Positions 1 to 9,714 of a DNA stretch of 64,000 nucleotides are shown here, piece by piece. Under the pieces are notes generated by a model. It was not told the DNA's origin and ran no database searches. It was given only the letters and a program-made list of their open reading frames with translations. The DNA lies in assembly GCA_040755515.1 (NCBI GenBank), contig JBFMAW010000008.1, forward strand, positions 135,016-199,015, written 5' to 3'. This DNA comes from Thermodesulfobacteriota bacterium. GTDB taxonomy: Bacteria > Desulfobacterota > Desulfarculia > Adiutricales > JAGVGV01. The position numbers and the translations under genes were made by a program. Each line of letters opens with the position of its first letter. Position 1 is the first letter of the stretch.

Positions 1-18
1 ATTGTTTGTCTGGCCGTT

Positions 19-303
19 TTGGCCCTGGCCGCGCCGGTGGCCCAGGCGGGGGAGGTCGTGCAGGGCGTTTGCCTGAGTTATGATCCCCAGAGCAAGACCA
101 TGACCGTCAAGAACGAACTGGACCCGGCCGGGTTGAAAAGGCTCAATCAGAAAGAGATATACGTCTTCGACCTTTCCATAGCCAAAATCGGCGCCTCGCC
201 CGAGAAAGGCAACATCGTGCGGGTGGCTTTTCAGAAAATCCAGGACAAGAACGTGGCCCTCAAGGTCATGAACGTGAGCAAACAGGATATCCGCGCGAAA
301 TGA
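19..303 (+). CDS. Small exported hypothetical protein (possible OB-like fold); true start may lie at or before the window edge
   Basis: Signal-peptide-like N-terminus (ALAAPVAQA) followed by a beta-rich soluble domain; host-like codon usage. Confidence 0.7.
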   Translation: MALAAPVAQAGEVVQGVCLSYDPQSKTMTVKNELDPAGLKRLNQKEIYVFDLSIAKIGASPEKGNIVRVAFQKIQDKNVALKVMNVSKQDIRAK

Positions 304-360
304 AAGACCGGGACCCCGCGGCCGACCGCGGCGGGGTCTGGGCCGGATCCGGAGTCGAAC

Positions 361-591
361 ATGAACCTGAAGAAGGCCGGGCTGGTGGCCCTGATGGACG
401 TCCTGCTTCTGGCTGAGTTGACCTTGAGCATTTACCTGGGCAAGCAAGAGCCGGAAAACATGACCTGGACTTTTTTTAGGACCTTTCTGCCTTTGGCCGC
501 GGTGACGATCCTGGCCTGCCGGACGGCCGTGAAGCGTTTCTGTCGGGTGGAACCGGCGCCGGAACCCGATCCGCCGACGCCCTGGGCGTGA
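361..591 (+). CDS. Small membrane protein with two predicted helices
   Basis: GGAG RBS before ATG; two hydrophobic segments. Confidence 0.65.
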   Translation: MNLKKAGLVALMDVLLLAELTLSIYLGKQEPENMTWTFFRTFLPLAAVTILACRTAVKRFCRVEPAPEPDPPTPWA

Positions 592-652
592 GCGAAGCCG
601 TTCCGGGCTTCCCGGCGGTTCGATCAGTCTTTTAAAAGCCATGCTTTTGGAG

Positions 653-681
653 TTGAAAACAGCGGCCATTGGGGTTAATCT
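653..681 (+). promoter_or_regulatory. Putative sigma70 promoter upstream of the HdrC-like gene
   Basis: TTGAAA-N17-TAATCT; TCTTTTAAAA occurs twice nearby (628-637 and 679-688). Confidence 0.4.
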
Positions 682-938
682 TTTAAAACGTAAACGGAGC
701 TGAAGGAGGAGATAATCGTCGAGAAAACCTGATCGGGCGGCCGCCGGTGGCCGCGCAACTCACGGCCAGGCGGAATTTCAGGGACGGCCCGCGTTCCGGG
801 ATGGCCTCGAACCTCGGGCGCAATGTATTTCCAGGAAGCTGCTCCGGGCCGTGCTCGAGGAGGAACGGGCGTACTTCGTTGTCTTTGTAAAACCGGGGGA
901 GACCGTGAAACCTTCCCCGCGGTGCCGGGAGTCAGGCC

Positions 939-1820
939 ATGTCAATCGCGATCAGGCCCAACCTTGAGGCTCACCAGACCATTGTCCATTCCGTTCAGGC
1001 CGAATTGGACCTCTGCTACACCTGCAACACCTGTCCCGCCGCCTGCCCGGTCAATCGGGCCACCAGTCGTCTTTCTCCGGTCAAGATAGTGCGTCTGGCC
1101 CTCTACGGTCAGGTGGACGAATTGTTGGCCCTGCCGGAAATTTGGTATTGCCAGCGTTGCAACTCCTGCCTCAACGAATGTCCCATGACGGTCAAGCCCA
1201 GCGCCTTGATCGGTTTCCTGCGGCGCGAGGCTTTCCGCCGGCAAATAGTGAGCGAGAGGAACTTATACGACTACGCCCGGGTCTGGGTCGGCTACCATCG
1301 GGTTCGATGGCACCTGGCCGCTCTGGCGAGCAAACAAAGGGTCTTGGACCTTTCCTGGGACCGGTGGCGGAAATGGCGGGACACTCCCGCGCCCGATCTT
1401 ATGGGGCCGCTCAACCTGGCCGCGGCTATCGGGTCGCCTCTATTGGATCAAGGCGTCATCGCCGAGGCCGGGGTCTGGCGATGTTTCACCTGCGGTGAAT
1501 GCCGGGGCGTCTGTCCGGTGTTCAATGAACGAGACGTCTTCGATCCCCTGGGTTTATTCCGGATGAGTAATTTCGGGCTCGCTGAAACCCTGCTCGAGTC
1601 GCCGTCCTTGTGGCTCTGCTTGGGCTGCCGGCGCTGCACCAGCTTCTGCCCCCAGGGGGTCAAGGGCCACCAGGTGATCAGCCGCCTGCAGGACCTGGCC
1701 GTGGCCGCGGGCGTGGTGGAGGCGGATTTTCCCCGCCGTTGGAGGGAGATCAACCAGGCCCTTTACCCCTACCTGTTAAAGGAGATTGACGCCGTTTTCG
1801 GCTTCACCCCGCCGGAATAA
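939..1820 (+). CDS. Tandem HdrC-like 4Fe-4S dicluster protein
   Basis: Four CxxCxxCxxxCP motifs arranged as two HdrC-like units (CYTCNTCPAACP/WYCQRCNSCLNECP and CFTCGECRGVCP/WLCLGCRRCTSFCP). Confidence 0.85.
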   Translation: MSIAIRPNLEAHQTIVHSVQAELDLCYTCNTCPAACPVNRATSRLSPVKIVRLALYGQVDELLALPEIWYCQRCNSCLNECPMTVKPSALIGFLRREAFRRQIVSERNLYDYARVWVGYHRVRWHLAALASKQRVLDLSWDRWRKWRDTPAPDLMGPLNLAAAIGSPLLDQGVIAEAGVWRCFTCGECRGVCPVFNERDVFDPLGLFRMSNFGLAETLLESPSLWLCLGCRRCTSFCPQGVKGHQVISRLQDLAVAAGVVEADFPRRWREINQALYPYLLKEIDAVFGFTPPE

Positions 1821-2018
1821 TCGGGCCGGCCGGCGGTCGTCCCGCTCCTTCGACGCGGTCCGAAGACCCGAGCGATGGCCTCGCCCGGAATCATCGGACC
1901 GTGTTCTTTTTTTAAGGCGCCTCTTCACTTCAGCCGAAACTGTTTGTTAATATGCCCCGGACCCGGTCCCGGCGGACCAGCCGGGCGGGGACGGGATCGC
2001 CGAGCAAGGAGGAAAGTG

Positions 2019-2759
2019 ATGAACCTGGCGGGCCATAAGGTTTTGATAACCGGGGCGGGGCAGGGGATAGGCCGGGCTTGCGCCGAAGTCTTCGCCTCGC
2101 GGGGCGCCGATTTGGCGCTGGTGGACCGGCGGGAAGACACCTTGCGGGAAGTGGCCGAGGCCGCCGGCCGGATGGGTGTTCAGGTGACCGCTTTGGCTTT
2201 CGATTTAACCGATACGGCCAGACTCAGGGCCGAAGTGGGTAAGGTGAAGGCCCAGGGCCGGGTGGATATCCTGGTCAACAACGCGGGCTTCGATCGGCCC
2301 GGCACCGCGGCCAAGTTGAATCAAGCCGATTTCGAGGCCGTCCTGACCATACATCTGACCGTGCCGGTAGTGCTCATCAACCTGCTGCTGCCCGCCATGA
2401 GAACCGCCGGCTGGGGCCGGATCGTGAACATCAGCTCCATATACGGCTTGATCGGCGGCAAGGGGGAACTGGCCTATTCCACGGCCAAGGCCGGCGTAAT
2501 CGGCCTGACCAAGTCAGTGGCCAAGGAGGTCGGCCGCGACGGCGTGACCGTGAACGCGGTGCTGCCCGGCCTGACCAGGACGCCGACCATTGAAACCTTC
2601 ATGGCCGACCGGTACAAGGAAACGATCATCAACGAGACCCCTTTAGGGCGGATGGCCGAACCGGTGGAAGTGGCCCGGACAGTGGCTTTTCTGGCTTCGG
2701 ATGAAGCCTCGTTCATCACCGGCGCGGCCATCCCGGTCTCGGGAGGCTGGGGCATCTGA
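2019..2759 (+). CDS. Short-chain dehydrogenase/reductase, FabG/PhaB-like
   Basis: TGAGQGIG, NNAG, NISS and YSTAK motifs; AGGAGG RBS before ATG at 2019. Confidence 0.9.
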   Translation: MNLAGHKVLITGAGQGIGRACAEVFASRGADLALVDRREDTLREVAEAAGRMGVQVTALAFDLTDTARLRAEVGKVKAQGRVDILVNNAGFDRPGTAAKLNQADFEAVLTIHLTVPVVLINLLLPAMRTAGWGRIVNISSIYGLIGGKGELAYSTAKAGVIGLTKSVAKEVGRDGVTVNAVLPGLTRTPTIETFMADRYKETIINETPLGRMAEPVEVARTVAFLASDEASFITGAAIPVSGGWGI

Positions 2760-2835
2760 CCGGCCATCGATTCATCGGCCGAGCGAAGCGGGCCGCGCCT
2801 GAATCGGTTCGGCCCGTTTATCTTCATTCTTCAAG

Positions 2836-4524
2836 GTGACCATGGGCAAGGGCAGGAAAAGAACGGCGAAAAAAAACTTGGTGAAGGAAAAAGGACGGGC
2901 CGGGACGGCGAAGGAAGCGAGGCCGCCCGCCGCTCGACCCCGCTGGCTTGGGCCGGTCTTAATCGCGGTCCTTTTGCTGGCGGCCGCCGTCAGGGTGGGT
3001 CTGTTGGACGTGCCCTTCGAGCGGGACGAGGGCGAGTACGCCTACGCCGGACAGTTGATTCTTCAGGGCGTGCCGCCTTTCGCCGAAGCCTACAACATGA
3101 AGATGCCCGGCATATACGCGGCCTACGCCTTGCTCCTGGCCGTTTTCGGCCAAACCCATGCCGGCGTTCGTTTGGGCGTGATACTGATCAACGCCGTCAC
3201 CACCGTGCTTTTATATCTGGGCTTCCGCCGTCGCTTCGATAATCCGACCAGTCTCCTGGCCGCGTGCGGATTTGCCCTGGTCTCCTTGAATCCCTCCGTG
3301 CACGGGTTCATCGCCAACGCCGAACACTTCGTGTTGATCTTTATCGCCGGAGCCTTGTACGTCCTGTTTCTCGGCCTGGACGCCAGGCGGACCTGGCTTC
3401 ACCTGGTCTCGGGTTTGCTGCTGGGGATGGCTTTCCTGATGAAGCAGCACGCCATGTTCTTCATCATGTTCGCCGGTCTTTACTTGTTATGGTCCACCCT
3501 GAAACAACCCCGGGCTTGGAGTTACAACGTCCGGTCCTACGTCCTTTTTTCCGCTGGAGTCTTCCTGCCCTTTCTGGGCGCCTGCCTCTTCTTCCAGCAG
3601 GCCGGCCTGTTCGACCGGTTCTGGTTCTGGACTTTTTCCTATGCCCGGGAGTACGTGAGCCAATCCAGCCTGTCCGAGGCCTGGGTCCCGATCAAGAACA
3701 ACGGCGCCAAGATGCTGCGGGATTTCAGCCTGGTCTGGGTCTGGGCCGTTATCGGGCTGATTTCCCCTTGGTGGGACCAGGAAGCCAGGGAGCGGAAAGC
3801 CATGATTTACGGCCTGGCCTTTTTCTCCCTGGTTTCCACCTGCCCCGGCCTTTATTTCCGGCCCCACTACTTTCTCCTCCTGCTGCCGGCTTTAGGCCTT
3901 CTGGCGGCCCTGGGCATGACCGCCCTAGGGCGCAAACTGCCGGCGGCCTGGTCGGGTCAGGCCAGGGGCTTGATCCTAACCGTCATGGCTTTATCGGCCG
4001 GCTTATGGCAGTTCTGGATGCAGGGGGCCTTATTCTTTCAGAAGACGCCCGCCCAAATAGTCCAGCAACTTTACTGGGCCAATCCTTTCACCGAATCGTT
4101 GGAGATCGCCCGCTACATACGCCAGCACAGTTCCGAAACGGATAAGGTGGCCGTTCTCGGTTCGGAGCCGCAGATATATTTCTACGCGCGCCGCCGGGCG
4201 GCGACCGGCTATATCTACACCTATCCGTTGATGGAGGACCAGAAGTTCGCCGCCCGGATGCAGGAAGAGATGATCGCCCAGATCGAGGCGGCCAGACCCA
4301 AATTCATCGTGGTGGTCAACGTGCCCTGGTCCTGGGCGGTCAAGCGGACATCCGAACCGAAAATTCTGATGTGGGGGGAAAGGTATTTGATCGAGCATTA
4401 TGAGGCGGTGGGCCGGGTGGATATTTACCCACCCTCGGAATCGAAATACGTGTGGGGCCAGGAGGCCAGGTACTACCGGCATATTTCGCGTATCTGGGTG
4501 GACCTGTACGAACGGAAAACTTGA
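2836..4524 (+). CDS. GT-C family (ArnT/PMT-like, GT39/83) integral membrane glycosyltransferase
   Basis: ERDEGEY motif after the first TM, many TM helices, soluble C-terminal domain. Confidence 0.8.
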   Translation: MTMGKGRKRTAKKNLVKEKGRAGTAKEARPPAARPRWLGPVLIAVLLLAAAVRVGLLDVPFERDEGEYAYAGQLILQGVPPFAEAYNMKMPGIYAAYALLLAVFGQTHAGVRLGVILINAVTTVLLYLGFRRRFDNPTSLLAACGFALVSLNPSVHGFIANAEHFVLIFIAGALYVLFLGLDARRTWLHLVSGLLLGMAFLMKQHAMFFIMFAGLYLLWSTLKQPRAWSYNVRSYVLFSAGVFLPFLGACLFFQQAGLFDRFWFWTFSYAREYVSQSSLSEAWVPIKNNGAKMLRDFSLVWVWAVIGLISPWWDQEARERKAMIYGLAFFSLVSTCPGLYFRPHYFLLLLPALGLLAALGMTALGRKLPAAWSGQARGLILTVMALSAGLWQFWMQGALFFQKTPAQIVQQLYWANPFTESLEIARYIRQHSSETDKVAVLGSEPQIYFYARRRAATGYIYTYPLMEDQKFAARMQEEMIAQIEAARPKFIVVVNVPWSWAVKRTSEPKILMWGERYLIEHYEAVGRVDIYPPSESKYVWGQEARYYRHISRIWVDLYERKT

Positions 4525-4688
4525 TCCGGATGGGGTGGCGGGAAGGACCGGTCTTCCGCCGGCCGAAGAGATCGGAACGGCGGGACCGGAACCGTCGAGA
4601 TTCCGGCCCCGCTGTAAAGACGGAATAAACGGCCTTCCCCTCCAGCGGAGCAGGGGAATTATCAGGATTAGAGGCTGGAAAAGCGGAC

Positions 4689-5021
4689 TTACGCTTTTTT
4701 CAGACTCACTCCGGCTTTGGTTTTTCGGATCGAAAAAACGTCTTCCGTCTTGAAGCCGAACTCTTCGACCATTTCCCGCGTAATGACCAGGCTGCCGCGC
4801 TTGTTGACCATTATGTTTTTGGCCTTTTTGGCCGCTGGGCCGCCGCCGGTTCGTCCGGCGATGCCTTTAACCTGGCCCTGGGCCACGAGCGCGTCCAGAT
4901 AGAGGGCTTTCAACTGAGCCGAAGTCTTTATCTGGAATTTGTTCATGATCTCCTTGGCCGGCGTTCCCTGTTCGATGGCTTTGAATAATTTTTCCGTGTT
5001 AACCGTTTTCTTTCTGGGCAT
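4689..5021 (-). CDS. AbrB/MazE/SpoVT-like small basic DNA-binding protein
   Basis: C-terminal VNKRGSLVI...GF...D.F pattern of the AbrB swapped hairpin; AGGAGG RBS. Confidence 0.75.
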   Translation of the reverse strand: MPRKKTVNTEKLFKAIEQGTPAKEIMNKFQIKTSAQLKALYLDALVAQGQVKGIAGRTGGGPAAKKAKNIMVNKRGSLVITREMVEEFGFKTEDVFSIRKTKAGVSLKKA

Positions 5022-5484
5022 CTCTTTCCTCCTGGGTCAAGTGGTTATTTCGAATCCTGTTATCGCCATTATTCAATAATAAACGCCCTCGTGATCGACT
5101 CTATTGAATCGGCGGTTCCGCATGAAAGGCGGGGCAATAATTTTTTGTCAGCGACGCCCCTTGTCTCTTTAGCGGTATTCTCCGCTTCAATTAATCGGAT
5201 CTGGTGTTGGTTCTTTTTCGAAAACAACAACAGAACACTAAATAGTTTATGAGCGACCTGTCAAGAAAAAAAGCTAATCAGGTTGGCAAGCATTCATTAA
5301 TAATGACCTCAGGTAGAGATTCCTCATCTCGAGTCGTGCCCGTGGCGTGATGAGGCCATGGCCATAAAAGGAAGTCATCCTTGTCCAACGGGGATCGCTT
5401 CTTCATCCCGCCAAGTAAGTATTCTAAGCCATGACCTTTTGTTTCTCCCCGAATTAACCCACCCCCGGACCGCTGGATTGGGAT

Positions 5485-6510
5485 TCAGGAAAGACCGGCG
5501 CCCATCTGGAGGGATTCAAGCAGGTTGCGGGCTTCCACGAAATCGGGATGTATCTGAATAGCCTGGCTGAGGACTTTTCGCGCCTCGTTGAAATTTTTAA
5601 TGTCCAGATACACCCGGGCCAGGTTGAAGTGAATATGTTCGTCCTTGGGCGTCACCCGCAAGGCTTTACGATAATACTTGATGGCTTCTTGATACTTGCC
5701 TTGGCGGCGGTAGACGATGCCCAGGGTGTTATAGACGTTTATGGTCTGAGGGTTGGCTTTTATGGCCTCGAGCAGCACGCTTTCGGCGCTGGCGTCCATC
5801 TGTTTTTCCATGTATATTTCCGCGGCCAGTTCATAGCATTTCCGGGCTTCTTCAAAACGCCCCAGTTTGGCGTACACTTCGCCCATTTTCTGATAAGCCG
5901 TGGCATAGGCGTTGTTGATCTGGGTGGCTTTACGGAAGGCCAGAAGGGCTTCTTCATATTTGCCCTGGGCCGTCTTGATGTAACCCATGTTGTAATAGAT
6001 TTCGGCGCTCTCGTAGATTTCCAGGAGACTCTTGAAGACCTCCAGGGCGTCTTCGTACTTCCCGAGGTTCATCAATTCCACGCCGCGGGCGTATCGCTCC
6101 TTGAACTCCAGGTCCTGGGGATCGGCTTCGATGCGCAGGGCTTGTTCGATTTTCTTTTGAAAAGCCTCCTTGTTCAAAGGACGGGTGATGATGTCCGTTA
6201 CTCCGGCCTCGCCGGCTTCGATGACCTGGCCCTTGGTCACCAGATCGGCCACCAGTAGAAAGGGCGTCTTGGCCAGGGAAGCGTCGGCGCGGACGATCTT
6301 CAACAGCACCAGTCCGCTCATGTCCGGTAGAACCCCGGCGCAGATAATCAAGCGCACGTCGAAGTTCTTGATGATATACCAGGCGTCCGCGCCGCCGGCG
6401 GCGCTGTGAACATGGTCATAGCCCAGATCAAGCAGATAGGTGTTCAAGGTCCGGCGAGTGGCCTCGTCGCTATGGATCACCAGGAAGCCGGGTCGGGAGG
6501 CGTCAGTCAA
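5485..6510 (-). CDS. Pseudo-receiver domain plus TPR repeat protein
   Basis: REC-like fold lacking the acidic pocket and phospho-Asp (LVIHSD, LIICAG), followed by multiple TPRs; probable TTG start at 6510 after GGAG. Confidence 0.85.
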   Translation of the reverse strand: MTDASRPGFLVIHSDEATRRTLNTYLLDLGYDHVHSAAGGADAWYIIKNFDVRLIICAGVLPDMSGLVLLKIVRADASLAKTPFLLVADLVTKGQVIEAGEAGVTDIITRPLNKEAFQKKIEQALRIEADPQDLEFKERYARGVELMNLGKYEDALEVFKSLLEIYESAEIYYNMGYIKTAQGKYEEALLAFRKATQINNAYATAYQKMGEVYAKLGRFEEARKCYELAAEIYMEKQMDASAESVLLEAIKANPQTINVYNTLGIVYRRQGKYQEAIKYYRKALRVTPKDEHIHFNLARVYLDIKNFNEARKVLSQAIQIHPDFVEARNLLESLQMGAGLS

Positions 6511-6753
6511 AGCGATCTCCGTCAATAAAGCCGGGCCGAACGAAGGGGGCCTATTATTCAATATTAATCTTAATCGCCAATTCCTGTCCAGTCCCAAGCC
6601 CGGACCAAGCCGGGCCTCGATAATTACCTTAATCCCTCGAATCGAAGTGTAGTAACATGACCCGCCTTGACCGGCACGAACCGGCCGGAGTCCGAAGCTT
6701 GAGCCGGGGCCGCCCGCCAACGGCGGCTAAAGTTTTATGGAAAGGCCGAAGCC

Positions 6754-7947
6754 TTGAACAACCACGGATCGTCGCGGGGCGCCATCTTGGGTATTATCCT
6801 CCTTCTGACCGGTATCTTTCTCATCAGTTTCCTGGGCCGGGTCATCCTGGGGCCGCTCCTGCCCGTCATCGAAAAAGACCTGGGTCTAAGCCACACCGGC
6901 GCCGGCTCCTTGTTCCTGGTAATATCCCTAGGCTATTTCTTGACCCTGGCCGGCTCCGGACTGGTTTCGTCCAGGCTGGGCCACCGGCTGACCATTTTTC
7001 TTTCAGTCGCCTGCCTGGGCCTGGCCCTGTTCCTGCTCAGCCTGACCAGTTCCTTGCCGGCCGTCTATCTCGCTCTTTTGGGCGTAGGGCTGGCCACCGG
7101 CCTTTATCTGCCCTCGGCCATCGCCACCATCACCACCCTGGTCAGTCCCGACCACTGGGGCAAGGCCCTGGCCATTCACGAATTGGCGCCCAATCTGGGC
7201 CTGATCCTGGCGCCGATAATAGTCGAGGTCTTCTTTCATGTGCTGCCCTGGCCGGGCCTGGTGGCCTGTCTGGGCGGCTTGGCGCTCGTGGCCGGCCTGG
7301 TTTTCCTGGCGCTGGCCAGACTGGACGCCAGCTATGGCGAAATACCCAGCCCGGCCGTCGTCAAGTCTCTAGCCGGCCAGCCCTCCTTCTGGATAATGAT
7401 GGTTTTGTTCAGCCTGGGCGTGAGCGGGTCCATGGGCACCTACACCATCCTGCCGCTCTACCTGGTGACCGAGGCCGGTTTCTCCAGCTCTTCGTCCAAT
7501 CTCTGGATATCCGCGTCCAGGGTCGCCGGCCTGCTGATGGCCTTTGCGGCGGGCTGGCTCTCGGATCGGGTCGGCCCTAAAGCCACCCTGAGAATGGTCA
7601 CGCTGGCCTGCGGCCTGAGCACCCTGTTCATGGGCCTGTTCGGCGGCCAGCTTCTTATCGCGGCTTTAATTCTTCAGGCGGCCATGGCGGCCGCCTTTTT
7701 TCCGCCCGCCTTCGCCGCCTTGTCCAAGATAGGCCGACCCGGTGAAAGGAACGTGGTCGTCTCCTGTACCGTGCCCCTGTCCTTATTATTCGGCGGCGGC
7801 GTGACCCCCGCTTTTATAGGGTATATGGGCGAGGCTCACACCTTTGCCCTGGGGGTGGCTCTGGTCGGCGGCCTGATCGCCGCGGGATCAATGCTGGTGA
7901 GCCGGCTGGTATTCAGGGAGGAGAATCCGGTCTCGGGGTCCGGGTGA
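6754..7947 (+). CDS. MFS transporter
   Basis: About 12 TM helices; motif A-like GLVSSRLGHR and GWLSDRVGPK. Confidence 0.9.
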   Translation: MNNHGSSRGAILGIILLLTGIFLISFLGRVILGPLLPVIEKDLGLSHTGAGSLFLVISLGYFLTLAGSGLVSSRLGHRLTIFLSVACLGLALFLLSLTSSLPAVYLALLGVGLATGLYLPSAIATITTLVSPDHWGKALAIHELAPNLGLILAPIIVEVFFHVLPWPGLVACLGGLALVAGLVFLALARLDASYGEIPSPAVVKSLAGQPSFWIMMVLFSLGVSGSMGTYTILPLYLVTEAGFSSSSSNLWISASRVAGLLMAFAAGWLSDRVGPKATLRMVTLACGLSTLFMGLFGGQLLIAALILQAAMAAAFFPPAFAALSKIGRPGERNVVVSCTVPLSLLFGGGVTPAFIGYMGEAHTFALGVALVGGLIAAGSMLVSRLVFREENPVSGSG

Positions 7948-7986
7948 CCGCGTCTGATCAAGAAGGCCGGCGCCAGGATCGTCCGG

Positions 7987-8427
7987 TCAGAAGCTGACTT
8001 CGGCCAGCCCCCTTATTTTCAGGACCGACTCTTGCCGGAAGAGTTCCTTGTATTTGGCGCGGATGAAATCAACGGCCTCGTCCTTCTTTTGGTCCGGCGT
8101 ATAAAGAAGAATAAGCAGCTTGGAATTCTCCTTCATCACCAGGCCCCGCCGGTCCAGCCACTGGCCCTCGGCGTTGATGATGGTCAGGCCTTCCTGGAAC
8201 AGGGGAGTAATATAGGTTTCCACGAAACCTTGCCAGTCGGCTTCGGTGATTGCTCCGCCGGGCCGGGAGAGGCCGAAGAAGAGTTCGGTTCGGACCAGAC
8301 AGTTTTCCCCGGCCGGGCCGGAAGCCCGGAGGACACGGCATCCGGCCGCGCCGCAGCCCGCTTCAGCCAGAATCAGTATCAGGAGCAGGCCGATAAGCGC
8401 GGTTCGGAGCGGAGGCAGCGATCTCAT
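7987..8427 (-). CDS. DUF3574-like lipoprotein
   Basis: Lipobox-like AGC; RTELFFG, GLTI..A.GQW and F.QESVL motifs. Confidence 0.8.
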   Translation of the reverse strand: MRSLPPLRTALIGLLLILILAEAGCGAAGCRVLRASGPAGENCLVRTELFFGLSRPGGAITEADWQGFVETYITPLFQEGLTIINAEGQWLDRRGLVMKENSKLLILLYTPDQKKDEAVDFIRAKYKELFRQESVLKIRGLAEVSF

Positions 8428-8430
8428 GCC

Positions 8431-9456
8431 TCACCTCTCTCGGGAGGGTTGCTTCTTCCGGCGGCCGGCCATGGCGGCGGCCAAGCGTATGGCCGCCAGG
8501 AGGGAATCGGGGTCGGCCCGGCCCTGGCCGGCCAGATGATAGGCCGTGCCGTGATCCACCGAAGCGCGGATGAAAGGCAGTCCCAGGGTCACGTTGACTC
8601 CATCCTTGAAATGGAGGAGTTTGAAGGGGATCAAGCCTTGGTCATGATACATGGAAACCACGGCGTCGAATTCCCCGGCCGAGGCGCGGTAATAAAGGGT
8701 GTCGGCCGAAAAAGGCCCGGTCAGGTCGAGACCCAGGGCCCGGGCCCGGGCCACGGCCGGAGCTATGATCCGCTCTTCTTCCAGGCCGAACAGGCCGCCT
8801 TCGCCGGCATGGGGATTGAGGGCCGCCGCGGCCAATCTGGGCCGATCCAGGCCGAAGTCCCGGCGCAAGGACTCCTGGGTTATCCTGGCGGTTTCGACGA
8901 TGCGGTCAATGGTCAAAAGACCGGGCACCGCGGCCAAGGGTTCATGGATGGTGACCAGAACCACCTTGAGCCGGTCTCCGGCCAGCATCATCACCACCGG
9001 TGGATTCCCGCTCAGGTGAGCCAGGAACTCGGTATGGCCCGGGAAGTTGTATCCGGCCCGACGAAGGGCTTCCTTGCTGATCGGCGCGGTCACCAGCCCG
9101 TCCAGCTTTCCGGCCAGGGCCAGGGCCGCCCCGGTTTCGATGAATCGGGCCGCGGCCGCGGCGCCGGCCGGGGTGGGCCGGCCCGGGATCAGGTCCTCGG
9201 CCGGAAGGTCGGTCAGCGGAATTATCTCGGCCGCGGAATCCGGATTTGGCCCCGTCCCCGGCCTAAAGGTCTCCAGGACCAGATTCAAGCCTAGAGCGGA
9301 CGCCGCCGATTTCAGGGCGCCCAAGTCGCCCAGGACCACGGGGCGGCACCATTGGCGCACTTCGCGCCGGGCCAGGGCCTTGGCCGTCACTTCCGGTCCG
9401 ATGCCGGCCACGTCGCCCAGGGTGAGGCCCAGCACCGGCCGGTCAGGTCTAATCAT
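8431..9456 (-). CDS. pdxA: 4-hydroxythreonine-4-phosphate dehydrogenase
   Basis: GDVAGIGPEV, TAPISK, GHTEFL, NPHAGE, MYHDQG and SVDHGTA motifs. Confidence 0.93.
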   Translation of the reverse strand: MIRPDRPVLGLTLGDVAGIGPEVTAKALARREVRQWCRPVVLGDLGALKSAASALGLNLVLETFRPGTGPNPDSAAEIIPLTDLPAEDLIPGRPTPAGAAAAARFIETGAALALAGKLDGLVTAPISKEALRRAGYNFPGHTEFLAHLSGNPPVVMMLAGDRLKVVLVTIHEPLAAVPGLLTIDRIVETARITQESLRRDFGLDRPRLAAAALNPHAGEGGLFGLEEERIIAPAVARARALGLDLTGPFSADTLYYRASAGEFDAVVSMYHDQGLIPFKLLHFKDGVNVTLGLPFIRASVDHGTAYHLAGQGRADPDSLLAAIRLAAAMAGRRKKQPSRER

Positions 9457-9714
9457 GCCTCTTGCTCCCGTCTCGATCGGCGTCGCTTCGGTTGGTCGAG
9501 CCGTCCAAGGCGGCCGGATCAGGCCCCACCACCACCTGTCCGTCAATCAGGGTCACCGGCGCCTTCCGGGACCCGGACAGGGGGATCATCTCCCTGAGTC
9601 CGGCCGGATTGCCGGCGACCTGAACCTCGTGGTAAGCCAGCCCCAGACCGTCCAGATGGTTCTTGACCACCCGGCAACGCCGCGGTCCGGCACGGTGTAA
9701 ATACTTATCTCCAT
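9449..9714 (-). pseudogene. Glutaredoxin/NrdH-like redoxin, frameshifted at the active-site motif
   Basis: GGAGG RBS and ATG at 9714 give MEISIYTVPD. The frame then changes to RRCRVVKNHL...SGSRKAPVTLIDGQVVVG, which carries the cis-Pro motif. Confidence 0.7.

Noticed and set aside
700-1089. Orphan AAGGAGG followed by ATC GTC GAG AAA ACC TGA and a GC hairpin, considered as a selenoprotein read-through into ORF 823-1089
   Set aside because: No canonical start codon; the read-through product is not protein-like and overlaps the HdrC gene out of frame
8032-9294. 420-aa ORF on the + strand
   Set aside because: Antisense shadow of pdxA and the DUF3574 gene, typical of high-GC DNA; no motifs
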